Source: Saccostrea cucullata (lineage: Eukaryota). Taken from it: a stretch of DNA of 64,000 nt. Both the position numbers and the translations under genes were made by a program. Below the pieces are notes generated by a model. The model did not search any database and was not told the DNA's origin. It saw nothing but the letters and a program-made list of their open reading frames with translations. Below are positions 13,924-27,920 of this stretch, in pieces; within the stretch, counting starts at the first letter, position 1, and each line of letters opens with the position of its first letter. The stretch spans positions 62,001 through 126,000 of the forward strand of contig NW_026930705.1 in assembly GCF_032062105.1 (NCBI RefSeq), in the 5' to 3' direction.

Positions 13924-15814
13924 CAAAGTATAGAAGATTAAAATAAATTGTAATACAAGACTATTTTATTTTATTGGATGTTGCTATTATTTACAAGTAT
14001 ATATCTTCGTTGGCAAATTTCATGGACGGTTTAATTCGGAATGATAACCTTCCGCATTGGTGGGTTATTTTCAAATGCCTCTGTTGTGTCATATTTCAAA
14101 GTCACTAACACTTTGCTGTATTCTGGTATTGAAAGATCTGCGTATGGACTCCATTTCAAAGTTTCAAGGGAACAAATTAAAGTTTAACGTAAATTTCAAG
14201 CAGACCTTATTGTTTATTGAGGACAGGAAGCTGCGAATCAAAGGAATCGTCTATATTGAACATGTCCTTGACTTCGCTAACACACGTACATCTCAATGCA
14301 CTGTTAACAAGTCTATTCACATTAAATTTGTTATATTGCGAGTTTGAAAGACTTTCTACATTACTGATGAAGTCATTACAACTATATGGAGACGAAGTCT
14401 CTGGTTGTCTAATCTTATACTCTTCTCGTTACCTAAAGACAAGGGGTATTAAAGTAGGGTTGTAGTTTTTCATCCAAAATTTCTATCCTTGTAGCAGAAT
14501 AAACTTAACGGAGATTATGGAATGTTTAAAAAGATGTTGATTGCCCATCATTTATCAAATGAAATTAGGTTGCGAAGACTTATTGTAAAAACATTTAAGT
14601 AGAAAATGAGGGGGAAAGATGGGCATTACTTTTTTTCCAAAATAAATGGTACAAGAGAATTGATTAGATGTTTTTTTTACGGTTTTTCAGTTTGAAATAC
14701 ACCGACAGGGTGTCGAACATCAGACAGAATAGCAGACAAGGCAGGGAGTTAAAAAATGTAAATATAATTTGTTTTTCTTCTTGAAAATATTGTATTAATT
14801 ATATCTGAAAAAGTGAATGCAAACAATTAAATTATCATAATTCGCAAATGCGCGTTACTCAATTAGTTTAACTTTGTACACACCTTTGAAATTATGAGAC
14901 TACATGTTTCCAACAAATTCTTTGATCAATCAAAAAAAATGAAGGGATATTTTGCGTGATTCAGTTTTCCATCAAATACATTGTGATTTGAATATTAAAT
15001 CAGTTTTATATTTTATCCTGTATTTGCTCTGCTCCTATTTTGTATTGTTTTATGGACTTTTCATCTTGAATACTATTCTTTATCTCCATATGTTTCATCC
15101 GAAAGATAATCCCTGGGTATAAAAAATTATTTGGAACAAAATGCATTATTATTTCCTAGAAACATGCATCACAGAAACTGATTGGTGAATCTGAATTGGA
15201 GCCTCTCTTGTGTGAGAGGAAAGGTAATACCATGCATCTCTTCACTGACTCCTAAACTCTCCAGAGGTCCGTTATTTGATATGGATTTTCCCTCCACTAT
15301 TCACCACTTGTTTTCTAAGACTCTATAAAATCATTACATTCTTGACTTTCCAACTTTTCGGTGCTTTTGTCAGTCTGGATTTTCATAGAACAAAAGAGTA
15401 AGTTAGTGAAGAATATCATTCTTTTATGTTCTTTTAAAGTTCAGATACAGTATTAAATATTGATTATTTTTGTTTAGGAGAGGAGAGTATACTATTTTTG
15501 AAACATAGAAGAGTTATGATAATCTGAAAGTTATCGATCTTCAGGTTCTGAGAACTATCTCTTTATCCTAATCACGACTGAAACTTTCGAAATAACAAAA
15601 TATGTAATCGATTTTAATAAAATATTTTCTAAATATAAAATCGAAAAATCCTTGCAGATTATAGAGAAAAAATTCAAACTTTTTTTTTCACAGTATCCTA
15701 ATTAAGTGAAAAATTTCAGGAAATTACATTTTTAAATATATAATATAAAACTTCAGATAAGGGATGTTTAGAAACAAATGAAATAAAAAGACTCAAGTAC
15801 ATTCTATAATATAT

Positions 15815-16160
15815 AAAGATAATGAACAGTATTCAAGCTCAAACGTCTATTAGGACAGTATAAATTGGGAGCAGATCTATAAAAAAAAATCAGAGCCGGG
15901 ATCAAGTGCCATCAGAGGTGGGATCAAGAGAAAAAGCATTCCCTGACTACCGGTTACGCTCCTCTTTTGCTCCCTGTCATGATCGGGCTAATGAAAAAAA
16001 TACTTAGGTAAATCTGAATGAAAACAATGACCTAAAAATTGAATGAAAAACGAAAGTTAACATTCAACTAATCGAGTGATTGGGTTTGCTAACAAGACAT
16101 GTTATTGGCGATAGACTTTACTTTGCAGACTTTAAAAGAGATTGTCGAAATCTGTTATCT
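15815..16160 (-). mobile_element. Penelope-like 3' relic (inverted partner)
   Basis: Minus-strand 3' motif 15896-15960 with a small internal duplication. Confidence 0.65.
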
Positions 16161-16194
16161 TTACTGTATCTTAAGTCATTATCTATACCATCCA

Positions 16195-16702
16195 TTTTAA
16201 CTTTTCAATCGCCAACTGCCCTTACTTATGCAGCAATATGCCTTCACCACCTGCATGCGGGGTTTATATACAGTTGACTCGATACGCGGGAGCATGTTGA
16301 TTACTGACATTATAATGATTATTGACATGATTATTGACATAACAAGTTGCTGAAACAAGAATATCAGCAGTATCGTTTAAAGTCATGATTTCGTAAGTTC
16401 TATGGCCGGTACAATGACCATGTCAGCAAATACACTTTATCAAATGATCACATGATGACTGAAGTTTTCCATACTAGTGGTTAGGCTATTATATACACAC
16501 TGCATTGACAACGGATTTTTCAGTTATTTCCCGATTATGACAAGGAGCACACGGCGAGTGTGACAGGTCGGTAGTGGATGCTTACTCCTCAATTGCACGT
16601 GATCCCATCTCTGATATTTTGGAGGTCTGTGTTTGCTTTGCTTCAATTTTGTATTGTTTAATGGACTTTTGAGCTTCAATTATGTTCGTTACCTCCATAT
16701 AT
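16195..16702 (+). mobile_element. Penelope-like 3' relic
   Basis: Thumb remnants and 3' motif 16545-16612. Confidence 0.82.
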
Positions 16703-17689
16703 TTGATATTTCACTGGCTTCTCTAGTTGTACTAAAATTAGAGGAAAAAAGAGAGAAACCAAAGGGTTTAATCTAAAATATAGGTAATTTTATCGCCAGA
16801 ATATTGTATTTGTGTATTTGGAGGGAATTGGATACCTTGTATATTTGATTGATACATGACACTTAACTGTCACTACTACTGTTCATGGGCTATAGACTAA
16901 AAATACGGATACGGAATTAAGATTACTCTTCTGTGATTTTCTCAGAAAAGCGGGGAGGGTCCATAGGATGAATAGGATGAATTGTAGGTTGAAAAGGAGG
17001 TGGTTGAGCTATTATCTTTGCTATTCAATGGAATGTACCAGTGTTTGTCTGCATTTTGTGTGGTACCTTAGGGCATTAGCACGGGCCCGGAAGCAATTGC
17101 GAATCTGGCGAAATGGTAAAAATATGCTAAATTTTCATGATTATTTTTTAATTGTCCCTGTATTTTAAGAATTAGTAGAACATGTTCAAATTCACTTATT
17201 TTCTTCAAAATTTTAGAACATTGCAGTTTCTCAAAGCCTTTTTTCAATACTTGAACTCTCAGAGGAAAATTTTATGTTGAAAATGAAAGCAGTCTCTACT
17301 TGATATTGATGTTCCAAATGGGATATTGGGACTTGTCAGTTAATTGGTATATGGACATGACCATTTTATGGAGTTAGTGAACCTACTTCTTTATCCAGTT
17401 CTAGTAAGAATTATAAATATAAACATTATACTCTGTGCAATCTAAAGAAAATAGATTCACACAGAAGTAAAACAATATCTTTTACATATCTGTAGCCAAT
17501 AAAACATTCTCTCAACGATACGTCTTTGATATGGAATATCAGATATTCTTATTAGTATTCAAGTCTGTTTGATCTCGAATTCAAAAGCAGGTTTAATTTC
17601 CGTTTCACAATACGTGCGCTACTCCGTCGTCATTATTTTCACGCTCACAACATCTATAACAATACTCAAAGGATGCATAAAGGATAAAA

Positions 17690-20600
17690 TGTATTGGTCT
17701 ATAGAAGAAATTCTTCAAAATCACATTTCAGAGTTCAATTCTTTTAATTCACCAGTCAATCAAGCTGAGTTCGATATACCCTATCCTTCTGGATTCATTC
17801 CTAAACTTCAACAAAATTTTCAAGGAGCGCTGACTTTTACAGTTAGTGGCTTACTTTTGCACTAGGAAAAAATACGAAAGCTCTTTTTCTATTTAGCTCA
17901 ACATTTAATGAAACGAAAATAACGGTTTATTTCAAAGCAGAAATAAGTTACCTTTAAAAAAAAAACGACAACCACCATACCCTCAACTCCCGGTCTTCAC
18001 GTGTTAGTGCCCCTAATCCATAACAATGACCACTAGAAAGGTTTTCTTATCAATTATCAATTCTGTACCTTCGACTTCGGACATCACACAGGTTTTAATG
18101 TCAAACTAAATCGTCAACTGTAAAAGTCAGTGTTTCTCGTTAAAGTCCAATTATCCTTAGAAACAAAAAGTCAGCACTTGATCCATCAAATTCTTTACCA
18201 AACCCTTATTCTTACTCTTAACAAACATATATACTCGTACAGCTGTAAAGGAAAACTTCACATTCATTGTGCTACAGCATACCTAGGTATTCTAGAAGTG
18301 GTTTCAAACAGACACGGATCCTTAAAAACTCTTAAGAACTATTAGATATTTTAAAATCACCAATACTATTTTCAAACCTATGTCTTTTCTAGACTTTACA
18401 CAACAATTCCTCATAACAAAACTGCTTCTTAAATAAAAACGAACTTGGAAATTTCCACACCTTGTGCTTGGTCATCAGCAAAATTATTTCGTGAATATTA
18501 CTCTGATTGTAATATTAAAAGGATACTGACGTTCCTCATTTAAATCATTTATGAAGTCTGATTTTTTTGGGATAACAATTTTTCTATCAATTACCATGAA
18601 GATTTTGTTTTTTTTCTTCAAATTTTGTTGGAAATCCGAGAGGGTGATTTTGGACACTTAATTGTCCTTTATCATGTAAAAAAAATGTAGTCATTCAAAT
18701 CACAATTGGAATGATTCAGCACATATTTCCTCTGATGTAGATTTTTATTCAAAAAACAAAATTTTATAAAAACATTTTTTAAATATATTCTTTAAAAATC
18801 AATTGCTTTTGCCTACAACATGTACATGTAGTAAAATTCTATTTTGTAGTTACTGTCTTTTTTAACATATATCCATATGTAAATGTGTACACGATATTTT
18901 ATAAAAATTATCAATAGTTATTTTAATTTGTTGTCACAATCACCACTATTCCATGAAGTATGTAACGTACATTTCAAGCTTTTAATAATATGTAAATTAG
19001 TAATAAGAAAATATTGGAAAAAAAAGCAATTATTGACATAAAAATCATTTCAAAATTGTAATATAAGAAATCATAATGTAACAAACGAGGTTATTTGTCA
19101 TCAACTACATGAATGTCACGTCACTTCGGTAACGTTCAATAATCCTCATCACCATTCTTTTGTGCTGTTTCGCTGAAATTTACTTCTACCTGTGTAATAA
19201 GGGTACAGACAAAAAAATATGACGTGGTATTTTGCTATGATCTAACAAATGTTCGTGTTTGGCCATTGAAACTTAACATAAATCTATTCCAAATATATCC
19301 ATCACAGTTTGTTAACAATTTCATTTAGTATGTTACATCGTTTTTCAAATCACAAACATACGTGCTTTTCAGCAGATCTGGAAAAATATCAAAATGCAAT
19401 GATTCAAACAAAACTGAGTATCTGAAATGTGTCTTCTTGTGTTCTGGGTTTATGTCTTTTTTTACCAATTATAAGCCTATGCATACATTGTTTTAAATTA
19501 TCAACAACAATTAAGTCGCATATTTAAAGTAAACAAACTGCAAAAAGGTTGCCAAAGATGAATTTAAAACACTTAGAAATAAAAGCATGTTGTCTACCAC
19601 ATTTCCATTTAGATGGATTTATGTGGCCAGTTGTCAAATGGATTGTACGATAATTTTGTTTCCGCTCGTGAAACGCAATTCATTGACTAAATTAAAAAAA
19701 ATGTAGTTAGAAATATAAAATGTACGTTACCATACGTAACGTACATTTCAAATATAAAAATCAATTCTCTTCCACAAGCGTATTTGACACGCAATAATTT
19801 GAACTTGCATATTAAGAAATGGAAATGTATCAAAATTATATTAAATATAATTTAATATTTAAAGAAAAAAAACCTTTGAAACTTTCCTTTGTGTACACAT
19901 TTGAGTGTCAACATGAAAATTATGATTTATTGTACATTTCAAGTAACGTACATTTCAAATGAACTTTTCATGTAAAAAATAATTTTTAATTGTGTCAGCA
20001 AAACGTCTTTGCCAGTTTACAGAAATTGGAGTCGTCTCATATTTTCTACTTAATATATATTGTATGTACATTTCAATCTTGAAAAAATCATTCCGTAAAC
20101 ATATTTATAACAGTTGCTCAAATTGTTCATTTTCATGTTATATTATCTAAGTAGGAGTAATTAATCCTTTGAAATTTCAAATTTAGCCCATCAATAAATA
20201 AAGGAGAACAAAACTATCAGGTGTATAATCTTCGTGTTTGCTTGTAATGTGGCTGAAATGGAATTAAGATTGCACAATAAAAATTATTTATTATCACAAA
20301 GAAAATGTATTTATTGTTATGAAAAGAAATATATATGATACAAGGTTTAACTTATCAGAAATGTCTTACTTGAGAATCAAAACTATATATTATACAGAGG
20401 GGATTCGAATAATATTTGCCTCGGCGACAGTAACGTACATTTCAAATAGGCTACTATATTTGAATTTGGAATTATATATATCGATAATTATATGAATTCT
20501 TATTTATTGTTATATGACTATTTATAATGTTGATTTAAAAATTACATCAGTGGTATTTCTTTTAAATGAAAATGAGGCGACATTATTTGAGCCCTTATAT

Positions 20601-20840
20601 TGAGAATGGGTGTTAAATCATTTATGAAGTCTTTGGGGACCATGGTTGCCTTCAAATTGTTGGAAATCCGATGGACACTTAATTGTCCTTTATTAAATGA
20701 CTTGATTTTATTTCCTCTGATGTAGATTTTATTCAAAATTTTTACATAAAAAGAAGAAATCAATTGCTTTTGCCTACAACTCTACATTCAGATATATTGA
20801 CGATATTTTATCAATTATCAATAGTTATTTTAATTTGTTC
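17690..20840 (+). mobile_element. Fragmented Penelope-like RT relic (17690-17820, 18200-18560, 20613-20840)
   Basis: EEILQNH..IPKL; SRSG...ILKNS; NSTFRYIDDILSI; interrupted by two inserts. Confidence 0.7.
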
Positions 20841-21358
20841 CCTTTCCGTGAAATATGTATGGACTTTAAAAAAAGGTTAACTGGAATAACAAAATCCTCC
20901 AACAATTTTAGAAAAATTTATCAAGGCTTGTCAGTTTACTATCAGAACTCCATCAAAATGACGTCAACATCTGATGTCCTTCATGGCAGATGATGCGATA
21001 GATTTCTTCGATAAATGTTGTTCCAAATACGTCTGCCAGTATATATTGGAAAACGATACGATCTGATTTAAATTGGATGTTTAATTTTTTAAAGAAAAAA
21101 AAATCATACTTTGAATTCAAAATTATGATTTATTGCAAGGCACTTTACAAATATTTCGCTTCGAGCAGAAATTGGTTATCTATGTTATCAATTTAAATAT
21201 TGAACTTTCTCTGGTTTTGGAGCCTTTGCCTGGATACTTTCTCTTACAAAAAAATACAGTTACTTCATTCAAAAATATATATATCTAGTTTTGTCTACTG
21301 GGAAAGTAACAAAGATTTACAAAAATTTTTAAAAATGAAATACCACTTACAACTATAA

Positions 21359-22994
21359 GGTTTCATCAAAGGTTAACATGGCCAAAAATTCATTTTTACA
21401 ATAGCTCAATCCAAAACCATGTGGTTTATAATGTTGAAACTTTTACAGTTGATAAATATATCAATGATTTAGGTAGGATTCTTCTCTGGTTTCTGAGTAG
21501 ATAAAATATTCAATGTATATTTGCTTATATATCGTATATATTTAGGTGACAGAGATTTAAAAGACCACATTTTTCTTTCCTCATCACAATTGTACAACTT
21601 TAAATAGAAATGGTAAATGGTGTTCGAAAACTACCAGGGACTATATTTTTGGCATAATGTTGACGTATGAAAATATCTTCTTTTCTGTCTCTCAAAATTA
21701 TTGTAGAAAAACGAATTTAGTTATAATTTTTACACAATCAAAGACTTGAAGAATTTTTCAAATGTTAGCTAAATTAATAATAAGGGACTAAAGTTTCAAA
21801 ATATATCAAATAAATATGATTTTCCAAACAAAAACAATTATGTTAGCTTCTAAAAGCTTCCAATCTAAGCACAGATATGAGGCAAAAATCCATAGAAAGT
21901 GTTTTACTCTCTTAGTAAACGGTCAACATTTTTTGTTTTTGTACCATTTTGTATCTCTATATGACTTCTTTACCATATGTGAAAATGAGAAACATTTAAA
22001 TATAGGGTGCATATAAAATAAGTGAAATATCCTAAAAAATTAAGAAAAATAGAGAAAATTAGGATTTGCCAAAATCCATTTTTGTTAAACTATTTGTGTC
22101 TTTTTGTTATTATCATCTTATAGACCCTATGTGGTAATATCTTTTTATGCAAAAAGAAAAGCATTTAATCTTTTGAAATAGAAGACCCTATTGCATGATT
22201 GGATGCAGTCATTTTTATTCTTCATGTCCAGGAAAAATGTAATGACCTTGACCTGACCTTGACTCTAATAAACGGTCAAAACTAATCTAACTGATACCAT
22301 CACTTATTAATATTGTCTTCATGATTCTGTGAAAATTTCATTAATTTTTAAATATAAGAAATACAGTTTTGTGTGAGAAGAATCTTACCTTAAGAGATAG
22401 AAAGTACCACTTGATAAAAATACAGAACAAAAATATCTATCGAGAAAAACTCTTTTAAAAAATGCCTATATTTAAAAACATACACCTAATTAATTCCGTA
22501 CTTTTAGGGATAGTTATCATTGCAGAAAAAATAAAGGTTTATCGATGAAGAGCAAGTTGAACTTCGATAGCCTCTGAAAAGTGTTTTCCCTGTTTATTTT
22601 GTCCAAATGTTAAGATATGAAACCGAAAGTACATTGCAAATGGCGGATTTTTTAGGGGTCTTGTCTTTATACATGCTATGCTTTCAATAAGAGCCTTTCA
22701 AAAACCATTCACTCCAACTTGCCCTTTATTGATGAACAAATTATTATTTCTGCAATGATGGTTTTCACTAAAGTACAGAATTAAGCAGATGCATTTATTT
22801 CAAATATGCAATTTTTTATATATTTTTTCTCGATAAATGTTTTTTTAATTTTTGTTTTCAAGTGATAATGTGTACTTTCTATCTGTTAAACAATGATATA
22901 TTTATAAAGTGTGAAAGTTAAAACTTTATCTCTCACATTGTTTCGGAGCTATTGTAAAAATAAATTTTGGGACATGTTGGCCTTTGATGAATCC
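21359..22994. mobile_element. Kolobok-like non-autonomous DNA transposon
   Basis: ~50-bp imperfect TIRs GGTTTCATCAAAGG.../...CCTTTGATGAATCC, flanked by ATAA / TTAA; GG..CC termini. Confidence 0.7.
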
Positions 22995-23764
22995 TTAAAA
23001 TTGTATTTATTAAACATTATAGCTGGGACTTAACCAAGTACTGAAAAAATGCCATATGAAGCAAAAACAAAGCCTAGAGGCTGCGTTAGCTGTTATTTGT
23101 TTGAGTGCAGAACTTTTATGATCAATCTGAGTGATAAATTATGCAAGCGAAAAAATATGGATGCAACAAATGTTTCGCTTGTTATTAGATTTTACGTAAA
23201 GAATAACGCATATTAACATCACAAATATTCCATTAAGTGAAAATTAAAGTATTCTTTACAATATTTGATGGAATATGATACAAATCCCGATGAGTGTTTT
23301 TTGATAGATGACGGAAACTGCACAATCAAGTCATGAAAAAGGCCTGATTTCCTCGTATAATATGTAATACTGAATTCACTTATTGTCAAATATTTATATG
23401 CGTCTCTTTTTAATATGTGCTGAAAAGTAATAAAAGTTACTAGAAGCCCCTTACAAGACTGACTCTTTATTGAACCGAACCTAAATTAGTTTGAATAAAG
23501 AAAGACTTAGGCTTGCAATAATTCCTTTTAATGTTTGGAAAAGTAACAACTCTTCTTTATTTTATTAAATGAAATTTAAAAGCATGTTCAAATCATAATT
23601 TTGAAGCAAATATGTTTTGAATTTAGTACATGTATAATATCATTGTTGCTATGTATCTAAAATTTAATGTGCAGCATTGTAAATTTTCAAGTAATTCAAT
23701 TTTAAAGTTGCACAATAACAAAACTATAGATGAAGTTTTTGAAACTTTATTGGAGAAAGTGAAG

Positions 23765-25200
23765 ATATCAAAACGAGATCGATCTCAAAAACGTAGAGAG
23801 GGCTTAAAACACGGAAATCCTGATGTGGGATCAAATGCCTAGGAGGAGTAAGCATCTCCTGCTGAGCGGTCACACCCGCCAAGAGTCCCATGTATTAATC
23901 AGGATTATTACGTACTCAAATTCAGTATAAAAAAAACTAAGGCCTAACAACTGGTGTGAAACATATTATCCAAAATACGAACCAATGATATTAAGTTATA
24001 TTTGCTATCAAGGTCATTATAAAGACCATAGAATTAAAGAAATTCCGATTGAAATCCCTGTAACAACAACTAATGTGTAAGTAGCCTACCTCGTTTAAAA
24101 ATTGATCATAGACGAGTATGCTCTCGAGCGTAAATCAGTTGGAGGATATAAATACCTTTTGCGGGTGATAACAGCATATAACTACATAAATAAGGGAAGC
24201 TGGCGATGGAAAAGTTGAAGTCATTTCATTTGCAATGCAACTTAGTTGTAAGCTGGCCCTTACCATTTATAGTCAGAAACACATTCAAGTATAAAACAGA
24301 TATAGCAAACTCTGTGATATCATTTATTTCAAGTTCACTGGGATTTATAAATTGACATATGGATGAAAGTATCTATTGTTAATTGATAATACATCGTCGA
24401 TATTTTTAAATGTCGAGTTCAAGGACACAGAAATTGTTTTCGTCATCTCAAGTAGCTTTTCAATAAAATTTATTTCATACGAAAATAAAAACAGGCCAAC
24501 TAATGAAGGAACACAATTAATGCTTATCGATATTCCAACAGTGTGAAGGAAGACTTGGTTTCCAAAGAATACATAAATGCTGGAACGCACGCATCCTTTT
24601 TCTATCAACTTCTATCAAGAGTACCTGCTTAAGGAATCAGAAGGATTTTAACAAACTATTCCTGTTGATGACAAATCACAAGATAGGAAAATTTTCGACT
24701 TCGTTTTTGTTGAAGAAGTAGATATTTATGGTATTAAAAGCCTACTTTTTAATTCATCATGAGAAATTGTGGCATTAAGTGTTGAAAATTCTAGGTTCTG
24801 ATGATAGAGACTTTTGAATTTTTAAAAAGTACTTTGGAGGGTTTTTTTTTTTTTTTTGAGAATCCATATCTTATTTTACCATCTCTATAATATACTGCAG
24901 CCTAGTACATTTGAAGAGTGTCTCTCTTACCGCAGTCTGATGGTAAAGAGTAAAACTAGGGGCTTATTAGAGCTTTTGCTTGACTCTACTAAGTATTTCT
25001 GTTTGTAAAGTTTTTATGAAGTTTTGGAATCCAGTATAGGTAACGTAAATCAAATTCACCTTGATCGATTTGAATGTTAAAAGTTTTAAATACTGAAATG
25101 TGATTTTGAAGAATTTCATCTTTGGAAAGTGACCTGCAAGCATAAGTTGATTTCGTAAGGTATAACTTCAAAAAGTTCTTCTACAATCCAATGATAATAA
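23765..25200 (-). mobile_element. Penelope-like retroelement relic (~1.4 kb)
   Basis: LRYLYWIPKLHK; IYVFFGNQVF; NSTFKNIDDVLSINN; 3' motif 23822-23885. Confidence 0.88.
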
Positions 25201-27920
25201 TTAGCTCCCCTTTTAAAGAGATAGGTCTATCACGGAGTGTAAAATCAAATATTTATTAAATCATATACCAACTGCAACAACGACAGTTGGTATTTGATTT
25301 TTGATAAATATTTTTTATCCCCTGACTTGTCTTTGACGATGCTAAACGGTTTACTCTGCATGCACAATGAGACAATTGAAGTACGAATAATTCTAAAACG
25401 TACTGAAAAAAAGACCAAGGTTTTAAGATATATTTGTAAAAGAGAGATAACCTGTTAATGGGATTGATTATTATTATTTCCTTTAAAAAATGTCAAGATA
25501 AGAGGTGAATTCTGTCAAAATTTGCACCAAAAGCTGTACTGATATTGTGTGATTTTAGATATTATTTTAGATATGGGGGGAAAATCGTTAATATTTTCAA
25601 TTACGCAAAATTTGATTTTCGTGAACAGAAGGAGAATGAACCTATAACGATTAAACATGACATCTGTAGGCCTTATACGAAGGGTGGTGATCAGAATATC
25701 TATGGTTCACCTCTCTGAACCTTGTGTACTTTAGCAAACCAATATCATTATCTTTTGATAATTCTTTATGTCGGTGTATTTCAGTTTCTAAAAGAATTTA
25801 CTTATTTACATGTCTAACTGAAATATAAAGGCATAAATCGTCTGGTTACATAAACTCTTAAGTATAAACAGGAAATTACAGTAAAGTGTATTTCTGTTAG
25901 CGTAATTCCCTTTCATTAAACTTCACTCACAGAAAACCAGTATTATGGCGCTCATTCTCTTTTGTCTCAGAATAACATTCTTCGATTTCCTGAGGATAAG
26001 GGGGACATTGAATGATTAAGGAAAGAGGATTATCCTCTGGTATCGGGGGGAGATCCTAAGGTCAATATCAGAATAAACTGCCTTGTTTGGTTTCGTTTGT
26101 AGATTGTGATCCATCAAGGTATCGTAATGTTCTTTATGTATAGGTCGAAGTTCCTGATTCTAAGACGATGACGGTTCTGTTCCGAGATTTATATTCCTCG
26201 CTCTGCACTAGACATCAGCTTTCAAGTTGCATGCAAAAATGCATTTTATAAAAAAAAATTCTAGCATTAAGATAGTTACTCCTTTTTTTTTCATTCTTTA
26301 GAACTGTAGTTGTGCAAGTTAACATGTGTACTGATAATGTTTCATCAATTATAAGAACATACCAGTATTTGAATGCATTTGAGATGATATATCAAATGTC
26401 TCTTTAGTAATTATTACAATAGTTAGTCTCACTTCACATTTATTAGTCAAATCACTTGTATATAAACACAACTTTGATTTCAAAGTAATTAATTTCAAAA
26501 CTGTATTCCAATGTTAATAGAAGTATATGCAAGGATAAATCTTTCAATAATTAATTAATCTTCTTTTAAATATTTTGAGGGATTGTGGTGTAAAGTTCGG
26601 GTAGCACTTTTCTGGTGATGTTGTGAATAAGTGGATAATTACACTGTCTCTGTTGAACCATGGTAACGAGTCAAACATCGATCCACGTGAAACTTTAATA
26701 TAAGATCTCGTTCAATTCTCACACTTTGTCTCCTTTACTGGTTCCGTATCAGGAAAATGTTAAGGGTTAGAGAAATTAAACATAGAAGTGCGCGACCTTA
26801 TCAGACTTCTCGATAGTTTTCCCAAGTGTGGTGTTATTCATCTTGTAATTAATCTGTGCAATGAAATCTAAGAAATTTCAATAACAGACTTGTTAGACAA
26901 AGCTTAAAATCCAATTACGGAAGTTGTCTGATATGAAGTTTTTCTGTATTGGGTTCTAGTAGTAAAACCATCAATTTCATCAACAGAGTTGGCCTTGAAG
27001 TTTTCTTTGACCGACCTATCAATATACAAAATGTTTCAAATTCTTTTACTATAAGAGTTAATATGATCTTTGTTTTTACCTCCCCATTTTTAGCTCATGT
27101 GATTTAATTATCGTACCTAAATGAAGGAAAACCAAAATTAAAATAGACACTAACTACATTGTAGTAACATATTTTCTTAAAATAATGAACAGTGTAGGGA
27201 CCAAATAAATTTTTTAACGTCTGATTCTTTAAATGTGGAATAAAAAAAGAATGACTTTTTGTAACCGAAGTTTGATATTTTTACAAGTTCACGTCCATCT
27301 GTCACTGATCCTACTAGTGTCACCAATCTTATTGTTACAGCGTCATATATGGTTATTTGCAGAGAATAACCATGGAAATCTAACATTTTATGACTGATAT
27401 ACTTGTACAAATCAGAATACGGTAACAGTATGTAGGTTAATCGATCTTTTAACAATGTTTACGCTCTCGCAGAATTTATATTGTCATTGTGTCATTACCA
27501 AAAGTAGAGGAAGGCCACAAAATGCAAAATTGGGGACAAAACAAGTAGTGCAATTATAAGTCTATCATTATTAGCAATTCGCAGCAATGAAAAAATGACT
27601 TGTTGCTTGTTGAAGTACCCTGGAATCCAAATAGAAACCAATATTACTGGTTGTCAATCAATACAAGCACAGCCTCAGTCTGGGGGACTGGATGCCTCTC
27701 CACGCCTTGCCGTCACCGACAGGCAATTGACTTTATCAAACGAAGATTTGTATTCGCTCTGTGCGTATTGATCAGTCGACTTAATACGGCATGCAAATTT
27801 ACGGATTCTTTTTTCTCCTTGATCTTTGTTCCGCCACTAGTTGTATTTGCTTTGATCACTGTAAAACATAGAATGGCAATGTAATGACCAGTTTAAGCAC
27901 TTAAGACACCATCACTTGTA

